Shown here in pieces: positions 1 through 11,292 of a DNA stretch of 64,000 nucleotides. The notes under the pieces are model-generated. The model worked only from the letters and a program-made list of their open reading frames with translations, made no database searches and was not told where the DNA came from. Positions within the stretch are counted from its first letter, which is position 1, and each line of letters opens with the position of its first letter. The stretch is from positions 310,001-374,000 of the forward strand of contig JASTWF010000348.1 in the NCBI GenBank assembly GCA_030390025.1, given 5' to 3'. This stretch comes from Squalus acanthias. Lineage: Eukaryota. The translations under genes were made by a program, and so were the position numbers.

Positions 1-430
1 TGTCTTACCCCTTATCCTTAGACTATGACCCCTGGTTCTGGACTCTCCGACCATCGGGAACATCCTTCCTGCATCTAGTTTGTCCAGACCTGTCGGAATT
101 TTATATGTTTCGATGAGATCCCCTCTCATTCTTCTATACTCCAGCGAGTATAAGCCCAATCGACCCAATCTCTCCTCATATGTCATTCCTGCCATCCCAG
201 GTATCAGCCTGGTGAATCTTCGCTGAACTCCTTCCATGGCAAGAACATCCTTCCTCAGACAAGGCGACCAAAACTGCACACAGTACTCAAGGTATGGTCT
301 CACCAAGGCCCTGTACAACTGCAGCAAGACATCCTTGCTCCTGTACTCGAATCCTCTCGCTATGAAGGCCAACATACCATTTGCCTTCTTCACCGCCTGC
401 TGCACCTGCATGCTTACCTTCAGTGACTGG
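1..430 (-). mobile_element. CR1 LINE fragment
   Basis: Reverse complement of the CR1 ORF2 C-terminal region seen many times in the window. Confidence 0.9.
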
Positions 431-493
431 TTCTATGATTCGATGATTCTATGAAAAGTAATGCCTCTGTGTTTTCCTTTTGTCCTCCGGCAG

Positions 494-632
494 AAATGCA
501 CTGAGAAGGGTCCCACGGGCCTACAGTGGATCTCCTCCATCTCAGGCCTCCGTCAGCAGCAAGCCCTGGCTGTGCGTCATATTGGCCATCAGCACCATCC
601 TGCTCGTGCTTGCCATGGCACTCTTCAATTTC
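494..632 (+). CDS. ADCY4: Adenylyl cyclase exon (TM region), with an apparent +1 frameshift near 550-551
   Basis: Pyrimidine tract plus CAG acceptor; GTGAGT donor at 633. KCTEKGPTGLQWISSISGL in one frame, then VSSKPWLCVILAISTILLVLAMALFNF in the next; 139 nt. Confidence 0.85.
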
Positions 633-712
633 GTGAGTAGTCTCCAGGTTTCGCCCCCTCCCCCATTCCCCTTTCCTCCTTTCCCCACCCCCCCCCACCC
701 CCCCCGAATCCA

Positions 713-1075
713 GACAGACTAGACACAGGAAGGATGTTCCCGATGGCGGGGGAGTCCAGAACCAGGGGTCACAGTCTAAGGATAAGGGGTAAGCCATTTA
801 GGACAGAAATGAGGAGGAATTTCTTCACCCAGAGAGTGGTGAACCTGTGGAATTCTCTACCACAGAAGGTAGTTGAGGCCAAGTCATTAAATATATTCAA
901 GAAGGCGTTAGATATATTTCTTAAAGCTAAAGGGATCAAGGGATATGGGGAGAAAGCAGGGACAGGGTACTGAGCTTGGATGATCAGCCATGATCTCATT
1001 AAGTGGCGGAGCAGGCTCGAGGGGCTGAATGGCCTACTCCTGCTCCTATCTTCTATGTTTCTATGTTTCCATGCC
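713..1075 (+). mobile_element. CR1 LINE 3' end
   Basis: RTRGHSLRI..RNFFTQRVVNLWNSLP, 3' UTR and (TTCTATGT)n tail. Confidence 0.9.
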
Positions 1076-1084
1076 TCTATAGGT

Positions 1085-1450
1085 CAGTGTCAGCCATGAC
1101 TCAGTCGATCTCACACTCTCGCCTGTGAATCAGCAGGTCGTGGGTTCGAGCCCCCCCGCCCCCCAACTCCAGAGACCCCATCATCCAGGGCCGACACTCC
1201 CCCGGTGCCCGTACTGAGGGAGCTCGGCGTTGTCGGAGGTGCCGACTTTCAAAGGAGACGTTAAACCGAGGGCCCCCCGTCTGCCCGCTCGGGTGGGCGA
1301 AAAAGATCCCACGGAAGAAGAGCAGGGGAGTGTCCGGGGTGGGGCGGGGGGGCGGTTCGATATTTATCCCTCAATCATCTTCATCGATTATGGGGTCACT
1401 ATTGCATTAACCGGTTGTGGGATCGTGCTGTGTGTAATTTGGGTGAGTGG
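1085..1450 (+). mobile_element. Degenerate Deu-domain (SacSINE1-like) SINE
   Basis: tRNA-like head (GGTTCGAGCCC) and diverged Deu core GAGACGTTAAACCGAGG...AAAGATCCCACGG. Confidence 0.75.
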
Positions 1451-1487
1451 GTGTGACCGTACAGAGAGAGGGAGACAGAAAGAGAGA

Positions 1488-2292
1488 GAGGTTATCCACT
1501 TTGGTGTCAAAAACAGAAAGGCAGACTATTATCTGAATGGCAATAGATTGGGAAAAGGGGAAGTGCAACGAGACCTGGGTGTCCTTGTGCACCAATCGCT
1601 GAAGGTAAGCATGCAGGTGCAGCAGGCGGTTAAGAAGGCAAATGGTATGTTGGCCTTCATAGCGAGAGGGTTTGAGTACAGGAACAAGGATGTCTTGCTG
1701 CAGTTATACAGGGCCTTGGTGAGACCACCACCTTGAGTATTGTGTGCAGTTTTGGTCGCCTTATCTGAGGAAGGATGTTCTTGCCATGGAAGGAGTTCAG
1801 CGAAGATTCACCAGGCTGATACCTGGGATGGCAGGAATGACGTATGAGGAGAGATTGGGTCGATTGGGCTTATACTCGCTGGAGTTTAGAAGAATGAGAG
1901 GGGATCTCATTGAAACTTATAAAATTCTGACAGGACAGGACAAACTAGATGCAGGAAGGATGTTTCCGATGGCGGGGGAGTCCAGAACCAGGGGTCACAG
2001 TCTAAGGATAAGGGGTAAGCCATTTAGGACTGAGATGAGGAGGAATTTCTTCACCCAGAGAGTGGGGAACCTGTGGAATTCTCTACCACAGAAGGTAGTT
2101 GAGGCCAATTCATTAAATATATTCAAGAATGAGTTAGATATATTTCTTAAAGCTAAAGGTATCGAGGGATATGGGGAGAAAGCAGGGACAGGGTACTGAA
2201 TTTGGATGATCAGCCATGATCTCATCGAATGGCGGAGCAGGCTCGAGGGGCCGAATGGCTTACTCCTGCTCCTATCTTCTATGATTCTATGA
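1488..2292 (+). mobile_element. CR1 LINE 5'-truncated copy
   Basis: RDLGV, LYRALVRP, QFWSP, RTRGH and WNSLP motifs; frameshift near 1730; tail repeat. Confidence 0.92.
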
Positions 2293-3003
2293 GAGAGAGA
2301 CAGACAGAAGGAGTGACAGAGAGAGAGAGAGACCTTGGGCGAGAAATTTGGGGGTTTTGCGCCGGCCGATAAGGCCTGTTTTGAAGAACAAAGGGCGGCC
2401 GCCTCGCTTCCACCGGCGGCGGCCGCCGTTTGGGCCCGTTCGGCAGCGCTGCCGCTGCCTGCGCTGGCTGCAGAACCGGGAGATGAGGCAGGTCGTGACG
2501 TCAGTGAGTGTGCAACGCTCACTTGACGCACGACCTGTTGTTTTCGCCGCCGCCGCTCCACTCACCGGCCTCTCTCAATCACGACCAGCTGACCGAGCGT
2601 TCAGCAGCAGGAAGGAGCCTCCAGCAGCACTATTGAAAGGGATCATCATCAACAACTTACAGCTGACATGGTTTCTCAGTTTTGACAGGCTCTGTGTCAC
2701 TTTCTACAACTCCGGCAGCGTTCTAAACCTGTTTCAAGTTCCCGCGGTCACGGGGAGTGTTGCTGCAAGTGGAGATCGCCTTCATTCTCTTTTAAAGGCT
2801 TCCGCTCACAACACCTACTCACAGTCACGGGGGCTCTACTGGGAGTCCCCCTCGTGCTTGAGTATCTGCGGAAGAGGGAACGCAGGCAGCGAAGAAGAGG
2901 CGAAGAAGAGGGAGGAGGAGGAGGGCTCTCAGCAGGAGGACTTACCCACCGAGCGTCTTCCGAGAGCACTTCCCTTACCTCCACTTAAGCCAGGAGCAGT
3001 GTA

Positions 3004-3952
3004 TCAGGAGGCTAAATGTCACATTTCCAAATTTGCTGATGACACAAAGCTAGGTGGCAGTGTCAGTTGTGAAGAGGCTTCAAAGGGGATCTCGACAGGC
3101 TCGGTGAGTGGGCGAGAACATGGCAGATGGAATATAATGTGGATAAATGTGAAGTTATCCACTTTGGTAGAAAAAACAGAAAGGCAGAGTATTTCCTAAA
3201 TGGTGAAAGATTGGGGAATGCAGATGCTCAAAGGGACCTGGGTGTCCTTGTACATGAGTCACTGAAAGTGAATGTGCAAGTGCAGCAAGCCATTAGGAAG
3301 GCAAATGGTATGCTGGCCTTCATTACAAGAGGATTTGAGTACAGGAGTAAAGAAGTCTTACTCCAATTGTATAGGGCCTTGGTGAGACCACACCTGGAGT
3401 ACTATGTACAATTTTGGTCTCCTTACCTAAGGAAGGATATACTTGCCATAGAGGGAGTGCAACGAAGGTTCACGAGATTGATTCCTGGGATGACGGGACT
3501 GTCATATGAGAAGAGATTGAGTAAACTAGGCCTGTATTCTCTTGAATTCAGAAGAATGAGAGGGGATCTCATTGAAGCATACACAATTATTACAGGGCTT
3601 GATAGGGTGGATGCTGGGAGAATGTTTCCCTTGGCTGGGGAGTCTAGAACCAGGGGCCACAGCCTCAGGATAAAGGGTAGGCCATTCAGGACTGAGATGG
3701 GAAGAAATGTCTTCACACAGAGGCTGGTGAATCTTTGGAATTCTCTACCCCAGAGGGCTGTGGAGGCTCAGTCGTTGAGTATATTCAAGACTGAGATCGA
3801 TAGATTTTTGAATATTAAGGGCATCAAGGGATATGGGGATAGTGCAGGAAAGAGGAGTTGAGGAAGAAGATCAGCCATGATCTCATTGAATGGCGGAGCA
3901 GGCTCGAGGGGCCGAATGACCCACTCCTGCTCCTATTTCTTATGTTCTTATG
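3004..3952 (+). mobile_element. CR1 LINE 5'-truncated copy
   Basis: ISKFADDTKLGG RT motif, 244-aa ORF, 3' UTR and tail. Confidence 0.92.
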
Positions 3953-4125
3953 TAATGACAGCCATGCTGCCACCAGGAACATCATCGAGCAGACCATCGG
4001 CGTGCTCAAGCAAAGGTTCCGCTGCCTTGGCCCGCTCGGGAGGGGCCCTCCAGCTCTCGGCGGAGTGGGCGTCCCATTCCGTGGTGGTCTGCTGCACGCT
4101 CCACAACTTGGCCATCACAAGGGCG
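3953..4125 (+). pseudogene. Harbinger DDE transposase C-terminal remnant
   Basis: NDSHAATRNIIEQTIGVLKQRFRCL, then after a frameshift SGGALQ..VVCCTLHNLAI; HARBI1-type motif. Confidence 0.85.
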
Positions 4126-4321
4126 CATCTCGCCACCAGGGATTGCGGGACCACCTCAGGAGGAGGAGGGAGAGGAAGAGGAGGGAGGGGAAGAGGAGGG
4201 AGGGAGGCGGCAGGCAGCAAATCCCCGTTCCGGATGGATTGTCCGAGAACGCCTCCTGAGACTCCGATTCCAGTGACTGAAACCCCCCCAGATCCCCATT
4301 GCTCGCCACTTCCCCATCATG

Positions 4322-4805
4322 CAGCCAGCCAGTTGCTCAGTGGGTAGCACCCTCGCCTCTGAGTCAGAAGGTTGTGGGTTCAAATCCCCACTCCAGGGCC
4401 TCGAGCACGAAAAATCTAGTGCAGCGCCGAGGGAGCGCCGCACTGTCGGAGGCGCCGTCTTACGGATGAGACGTTAAATCCGAGGGCCCCGTCTGCCCTC
4501 TCGGGTGGACGTAAAAGATCCCACGGCCACTATTTCGAAGAAGAGCAGGGGAGAATTCTCCCCGGTGTCCTGGGGCCAATATTTATCCCTCAATCAACAA
4601 CACTAAAAAAAAAACAGATGATCTGCTCATTTATCACAACTGCTGTTTGTGGGATCTTGCTGTGCGCAAATTGGCCGCCGCATTTCCCACATTACAACAG
4701 TGATCGCACTTCAAAAAAAAAAAAGACTTGATTGGCCGTAAAGCGCTTTGGGACGTCCGGTGGTCGTGAAAGGCGCTATATAAATGCAAGTCTTTCTTTT
4801 CTTTT
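4322..4805 (+). mobile_element. Deu-domain SINE (SacSINE1-like), near full length
   Basis: tRNA head with A/B boxes, Deu core, L2-type tail GTAAAGCGCTTTGGGACG...GGCGCTATATAAATGCAAGTCTTTCTT. Confidence 0.85.
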
Positions 4806-5221
4806 TACCATTAACCCCTGTCACGGAACGTCACGGCGTCCTCCTGGGCACAAAGCTGAAACGAGAGCCAGCACAAAACACACACACACACTCCGAACGC
4901 AAATCATAAACTTAGCGCAATCCAATCAGCATTACAATCTCGGCGAATCGCTCTTGTGCTTTCCCTCAGTACCTGTCGTTCGCGTGCCTTGACCTACTCT
5001 AGCGCTTCTGCGCAGCGCTCCCCCCGAGCTACCCTTTACCCCCTCCCCCCCCCGGCCGGGCCTAGCTGCAGCCCGCTCGTGCCCGCTGCCTCACCCTGTG
5101 CAGATCCCGCCTCTGTACTCCCCTCTCAATCCCGCGCAGCGCCGGCTTCTGAGCTGGTGTCTGCCTGCGAGAGCCAAACAGAGTGACACTGTGTCGTCTT
5201 CTTCTTCTCCTCCACCACTCT

Positions 5222-5778
5222 CCTAGAAACATAGAAAAATAGGAGCAGGAGTGGGCCATTCGGCCCTTCGAGCCTGCTCCGCCATTCAACACGATCATGG
5301 CTGATCCTCTATCTCAATACCATATTCCCGCTCTCTCCCCATACCCCTTGATGCCTTTTGTGTCTAGAAATCTATCTATCTCCTTCTTAAATATATTCAG
5401 TGACTTGGCCTCCACAGCCTACTGTGGTAGAGAATTCCACAGGTTCACCACCCTCTGAGTGAAGACATTACTCCTCATCTCAGTCCTAAATGTCCTACCC
5501 TGTATCCCGAGACTGTGACCCCTCGTTCTAGATCCCCCCGAGCCAGGGGAAACATCCTCCCTGCATCCAGTCTGTCTAGCCCGGTCAGAATTTTATACGT
5601 TTCCACGAGATCCCCCTCTCATTCTTCTAAACTCTAGTGAATGCAGGCCTAGTCGACCCAATCTCTCCTCAGTCCTGCCATCCCCAGGAATCAGGCTGGT
5701 GAACCTTCGCTGCACTCCCTCTGTGGCAAGTATATCCTTTCTTAGGTAAGGAGACCAAAACTGCACACAGTACTCCCC
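5222..5778 (-). mobile_element. CR1 LINE 3' fragment
   Basis: [14 protein letters not shown] motif and CR1 3' UTR on minus. Confidence 0.9.
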
Positions 5779-6067
5779 AACTTCAGGGGCGGGCTGTGCT
5801 GGTGGCACCTCTTGGGTATCCGAAAGCAGAAAGGTACGAGGGTCGGGTTGTGGTGAGGGGTGGAGGGCGGGGAGGGGCGGAGGAAGCAAGATATCCAGGC
5901 ATACGCTGTCAGCAGCTTGTAAGTGAGAAGAGATCGTGGGACGAGGGGGGGGGAAAGTGGGATGTGTGAAGAAGGATCAGGTACGACCATACCGTCATCG
6001 TCAGCAAGGGCTACAGCCTCTTCTGCTGCCGCGACCTCCATTACTGACGCTGCAATTATGTCAAGGA

Positions 6068-6945
6068 CAGATACGAACCTATGAATTAGGAGCTGGAGTA
6101 GGCCACTCGGCCCTTCGAGCCTGCTCCGCCATTCAATGAGATCATGGCCGATCCGATTACTGCACGTTCCCGCCTACCCCCGATAACCTTTCACCCCCTC
6201 GCTTACCAAGAATCTATCTACCTCGGCCTTGAAAATATTCAAAGACTCCGCTTCCACCGCCCTCTGAGGAAGAGAGTTCCAAAGACTCACCACCCTCGGT
6301 GAGAAACAATTGCTCCTCCTCTCTGTCTCAAGTGGGTGACCCCTTATCCCTCCGGGTCGCTGAGGTTCTGTATCAGGGCTTGGCCGCCTCCCGTCAGCCG
6401 CTGCGCCCTCTGGTTAGAACATAAGAACATAAGAAATAGGAGCGGGAGTAGGCCATTCGGCCCTTCGAGCCTGCTCCGCCATTCGATTTCCAGGAGCGCC
6501 CTGCTTCCCTCTTGGGGCGCTACCGATGAATTTCGCCACGGGGGCGCTGGTCTCCTTACCTAAGGAAGGATATACTTGCTAAAAGTAGCGCCCCAGCGAA
6601 ATTAGCGCCCCAAGGGGGGCGAGACTCAATTTTCCCCCGAAATCTGTGTCCCCTAGTCCTTGTACCATCAACTAGTGGGAACAGCCTTTCCCCGTCTAGC
6701 CTATCCAAACCCGTCATAATCTTGTACACCTCTATCAAATCATCCCTCAACCTCCTTTGCTCTAATGGAAACAAATCCAGCTTCTCCAACCTGTCCTTGT
6801 AGCTAAGATACCCCATCCCCAGAACCATTCTGGTCAATCTCCTCTGCACCCTCTCAAGGGCCTTCACATCCTTCCTAAAGTGTGTGACCAGAACTGGACG
6901 CAATACTTCCAGTTGTGGCCTAACCAGCGCTAGGCTGTTCCCACT
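6068..6945 (-). mobile_element. Mosaic of CR1 3' fragments with a short GC-rich MITE piece (about 6488-6637)
   Basis: Two CR1 tails, [18 protein letters not shown], and AATTTTCCCCC MITE end. Confidence 0.75.
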
Positions 6946-6947
6946 AG

Positions 6948-7127
6948 GTCCTGAAACTTTTTAACCAGCACTGGCTCCAGGTCCTTGGGACCACACTGGT
7001 GTCCGTGACGTGAGTTGGCTACCTCCTCCCAGAGCCGCCTGCAGGAAGGCCTTGGATGGCTCCCTGCCACGCGCCGGGAACAGTACAGCCCGCCTTCTTA
7101 GAACGGCCGCGGCCTCCAGTGCAGCAT
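6948..7127 (-). pseudogene. Harbinger Myb/SANT-like gene remnant
   Basis: Hand translation across frameshifts: DAALEA..VLRRRAVLFP..G..P...RRLWEEVA...TSVVPRTWSQCW.KKFQDL. Confidence 0.75.
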
Positions 7128-7965
7128 CATAGAATCATAGAAGATAGGAGCAGGAGTAGGCCATTCGGCCCCTCGAGCCTGCTCCGCCATTCAATGAGAT
7201 CATGGCAGATCATCCAAATTCAGTACCCTGTCCCTGCTTTCTCCCCATATCCCTTGATCCCTTTAGCCTTAAGAAATATATCTAACTCATTCTTGAATAT
7301 ATTTAATGAATTGGCCTCTACTGCCTTCTGTGGCAGAGAATTCCACAGGTTCACCACTCTCTGGGTGAAGAAATTCCTCCTCATTTCTGTACTAAATGGC
7401 TTACCCCTTATCCTTAGACTGTGACCCCTGGTTCTGGACTCCCCCGCCATCGGGGACATCCTTCCTGCATCTAGTTTGTCCTGTCCTGTCAGAATTTTAT
7501 AAGTTTCAATGAGATCCCCTCTCATTCTTCTAAACTCCAGCGAGTATAAGCCCAATCGACCCAATCTCTCTTCATACGTCATTCCTGCCATCCCAGGTAT
7601 CAGTCTGGTAAATCTTCGCTGAACTCCCTCCATGGCAAGAACATCCTTCCTCAGATAAGGCGACCAAAACTGCACACAATACTCAAGGTGTGGTCTCACC
7701 AAGGCCCTGTACAACTGCAGCAGGACATCCTTGCTCCTGTACTCGAATCCTCTCGCTACGAAGGCCAACATACCATTTGCCTTCTTAACCGCCTGCTGCA
7801 CCTGCATGCTTACCTTCAGCGACTGGTGCACAAGGACACCCAGGTCTCGTTGCACTTCCCCTTCTCCCAATCTATTGCCGTTCAGATAATAATCTGCCTT
7901 TCTGTTTTTGACACCAAAGTGGATAACCTCGCATTTATCCACATTATACAGCATCTGCCCACTCA
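7127..7965 (-). mobile_element. CR1 LINE 5'-truncated copy
   Basis: 255-aa ORF 7220..7987 with CR1 ORF2 motifs. Confidence 0.93.
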
Positions 7966-8049
7966 CCCAACCTTCGTGCTCGCTCACCTTGGTTACTGAG
8001 CCACGTCTTCAGCCAGACTGACAACGAGGCGCCGCTGCAACAAAGCACC

Positions 8050-8562
8050 TTCTTCTCCTCAGGCAGTCCCTGGGAACCGAGGATGACTCGCTTCCACACT
8101 AACAATGAGTTCTCAGCTGACTGAGGAGTCCAATGTGGGACCTACAGTCTCTGTCACAGGTGGGGCAGACGGTGGTTGAATGGGCCGGGTGGGTGGGGTG
8201 CTTGGGTTGACGTGCGCTCTTGCGCTCCTTGCGCTTGGCTTCCGCTTGCTCCCGGCGAAGAGACTCGAGGTGTTCGCCGCCTTCCCGGATGCTTCTCCTC
8301 CACTTTGTGCGGTCTTGGGGCCAGGGATTCCCAGGTGTCGGTGGGGACGTTGCACTTTTTCACGCAGGCTTTGAGGGTGTCCTTGAAGCGTTTCCTCTGC
8401 CCGTGTCGGAGTTCCAAGTAGAGCACTTGCTTTGGGAGTCTCGTATCGGGCATGCGGACAATGTGACCTGTCCATCGGAGCTGATCGAGCGTGGTCAAAG
8501 CTTCGATGCTGGGGCTGTTGGCCTGAGCGAGAACACTTGACGTCGGTGCGCCTATCCTGCCA
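8050..8562 (-). mobile_element. RTE-clade LINE 3' fragment
   Basis: QLRWTGHIVRMPDTRLPKQ..QRKRFKDTLKA; (GAA)n-like tail; same family as 51607-52688. Confidence 0.88.
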
Positions 8563-9183
8563 AGGAAGCACCTACCCTTTCGGTAGTGTCGAGAGTCCTA
8601 AGTCAAACATTACTGGCCATTAGACTGCACCCGATATTGCCCCCCGCCCCCCGCCCCATGCCCCCTGCCCCATTGAGCGCTAAGCCAATCAGCAGCTGAG
8701 ATCAGCATTCCAATCATTATAACGAGCTTTCAACGGCTGTAGGCAAATAGCGCTGGCCCTTGGCACCGCCCGTTTTCATGCCTAATCCAATCGCTAGGCC
8801 ACGAGACAAGAGGGAGAGACAGAGAGAGAGTGAGAGGGAGTGAGAGAGAGAGCCTCTCTGTAGTGTGCGGTATATATTGGGGGAGAGTGTCAGGTGAGCC
8901 CGGGATTAACTGTGACGGCCCCCCTCCCGCCCCCCGCCCACTCCATGTACGAACATCCCGTCCGCACGCCCCATCAGGGTTCGTGGTCGACTAACGTGCT
9001 GCCAGGCTGAGGAACCGCACGAGGCCCCTGGGCTCTGTGCCAGAGTCTGAGGCGGCGCCTTCAGGGGAGGGAAGGAAGGAGGGGGGGAAGGTGGGCTGTA
9101 ATTCCGATCAGATTGATTGAGATCTGGCCCAACTGATCCATCTGCTTCTTCTCTCTCTCTCTCTCTCTCTCTCCTGTCACCAG

Positions 9184-9296
9184 TTTTTCCTTCCGGAACC
9201 ATCCGGCCCCGTACCGTGCGACAACGGGACAATCTTTCCGCGGCACTCAACGAGGCAGAGGGGACCTCCGAGGCTCAGCTTCTCTTCACCATCCCT
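9184..9296 (+). CDS. ADCY4: Adenylyl cyclase exon (extracellular loop), with an apparent -1 frameshift
   Basis: (CT)n tract plus CAG acceptor; GTGAGT donor at 9297. Starts FFLPEPS, ends NLSAALNEAEGTSEAQLLFTIP in a different frame; 113 nt. Confidence 0.8.
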
Positions 9297-9344
9297 GTGA
9301 GTAATGACGCCAACATCTGTGGCCTGTGCTTCTTCATATGTCCG

Positions 9345-10725
9345 TAACCAGGGCCCCCAAGCTGCATGGGAGTCTGACTAGGCCCCTGGTCTCAGATCTA
9401 ACCAGGCCCCAGGCTCTGTGGGAGTCTGACTGGGCCCCTGGTCTCAGATCTAAGCAGGCCCCAGGCTCTGCGGGAGTCTGACTGGGCCCCTGGTCTCAGA
9501 TCTAACCAGGCCCCAGGCTCTGTGAGAGTCTGACTGGGCCCCTAGCCTCAGATCTAATAGGTCCCAGGCTCTGCGGGAGTCTGACTGGGCCCCTAGTCGC
9601 AGATCTAACCAGGCCCCAGGCTCTGTGGGAGTCTGACTGGGCCCCTAGTCTCAGATCTAACCAGGCCCCAGGCTCTGTGGTAGTCTGACTAGGCCCCTGG
9701 TCTCAGATCTAACCAGGCCCCATGCTCCGTGGGAATCTGACTAGGCCCCTGGTCTCAGATCTAACCAGGCCTCAGACTGTGTGGGAGTCTGACTAGGCCC
9801 CTGGTTTCATTAAGTTTGCCAACTGTGGCTTGACGTATTCCTTGATGTTTCATTCCATGGCCTCTTGCCTCTAATCACCCTGTCCCCACACTCCTGCCAT
9901 TGGTTGCCCGGCACGTCCATCCTGGCGGTGCCCCGCCTTCCCACGGCCGATTGTAAAGCAAACAGACTCTCCATTACTACATTGGATGATTCTTGACTGC
10001 CTAGTCAAATAGCCTTCCCCACCCCCTGCCAATGCCCGATCTCCAATATTTTTATAACTAATAATCAAGTGACCAAAGACATTTTTTTTTAAACACACAT
10101 TTTTTGTTACCCTAATTATTTCTCTCCTGGGTTTTTGCTCGCAGCAAGTGTCCTGGAGATTAGTCTTTTATTCCTGGAGCCTCCAGGGCAACCCTGGAGG
10201 GTTGGCAACCCCAGGCCTCAGATATAACAGGGCCCAGGCCCTGTGGGAGTCTGACTAGGCCTCTGGCCTCAGAGCTAACAGAGCCCAGGCTCGTGGGAGT
10301 CTGACTAGGCCTCTGGCATCAGATCTAACCAGGCCTCAGCCCTGTGGGAGTCTGACTTGGCCTCTGGCCTCAGATCTAACCAGGCCCCAGCCCTGTGGGA
10401 GTCTGACTAGGCCTCTGGCCTCAGATCTAACCAGGCCCCAGCCCTGTGGGAGTCTGACTAGGCCTCTGGCCTCAGAGCTAACAGAGCCCAGGCCCTATGG
10501 GAGTCTAACTAGGCCTCTGGCCTCAGATCTAACCAGGCCCCAGCCCTGTGGGAGTCTGGCTAGGCCTCTGGTCTCAGATATAACAGAACCCAGGCTCGTG
10601 GGAGTCTGACTAGGCCTCTGGCCTCAGATCTAACCAGGCCCCAGCCCTGTGGGAGTCTGACTAGGCCTCTGGCCTCAGATCTAACAGGGCCCAGGCTCGT
10701 GGGAGTCTGACTGGGCCTCTGGTTT
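9345..10725. repeat. About 52-bp minisatellite in two blocks (9345-9808, 10213-10725)
   Basis: Unit GGAGTCTGACTAGGCCCCTGGTCTCAGATCTAACCAGGCCCCAGGCTCTGTG; period 52 (9421, 9473). Confidence 0.95.
9811..10212. mobile_element. Non-autonomous DNA transposon (hAT-like ends) inside the minisatellite
   Basis: Imperfect TIRs TAAGTTTGCCAAC / GTTGGCAACCCCA; no clear TSD. Confidence 0.5.
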
Positions 10726-10774
10726 TTGGAGTTTAAACCATGAACTCACGATTCCCTGCTTCCTCTTCCCTCAG

Positions 10775-10959
10775 TATTACATGTACTGCTGCCTGCTGGG
10801 CCTGCTGTCCTGCTCCCTGTTTTTCCGCATGAACTTTGAACTGAAGATGATCTTACTGGTCCTGGCGCTGGTGATCTACAACGTCATCTTCCTCTACGTC
10901 CACTCCAGGATGTCCGACTACTACACGTGTTACCTCTACCCCAGTGCAAGCCTGGACGG
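10775..10959 (+). CDS. ADCY4: Adenylyl cyclase exon (TM helices)
   Basis: TCAG acceptor, GTAAGG donor; YYMYCCLLGLLSCSLFFRMNFELKMILLVLALVIYNVIFLYVHSRMSDYYTCYLYPSASLD; ends phase 2. Confidence 0.93.
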
Positions 10960-11292
10960 GTAAGGAGCCGTTCCTCATTCATGGGCTTGGATCGTTGACA
11001 TTCGATGCTGGAGGGGACCCAGGTGGTGGACCGGGCCTACTGAGCGGGACAGCCCCGGGGTGGGCAAGGGCAAGGGGGCCAACAACTGGAACTTGTGATT
11101 GGAAGCCGACCCCCCACCCTTTCATGTCACAAAACCATCACGAGCTCCTTTGCAGCAAGTAATAGTACAAGGGTTCGGGGAGTTGAGGGGCTGGGAGGGG
11201 CGGTGGATCCACAACCTGACCTTTCACCCTCTGGGACCAGAGGTTCACTCCGTATCTAGCCTGTGCTGTACCTGCACATGAGTGTGAACGAC

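Larger units (their letters stand above)
2337..8800. mobile_element. Fragmented fossil PIF/Harbinger transposon (transposase +, Myb/SANT -)
   Basis: Left end GGGCGAGAAATT; transposase remnants at about 2830-3003 and 3953-4125; Myb/SANT remnants at about 6345-6415 and 6948-7127; right end approximate. Confidence 0.65.

Noticed and set aside
480..550. Reading the first exon wholly in the ORF-track frame (NALRRVPRAYSGSPPSQAS)
   Set aside because: That frame shows no resemblance to ADCY4, whereas the alternative frame matches C, KGP, L, W and SGL.
4322..4400. tRNA-like sequences (also near 16590, 45108 and 47780)
   Set aside because: They are SINE heads followed by a Deu core and LINE tail.
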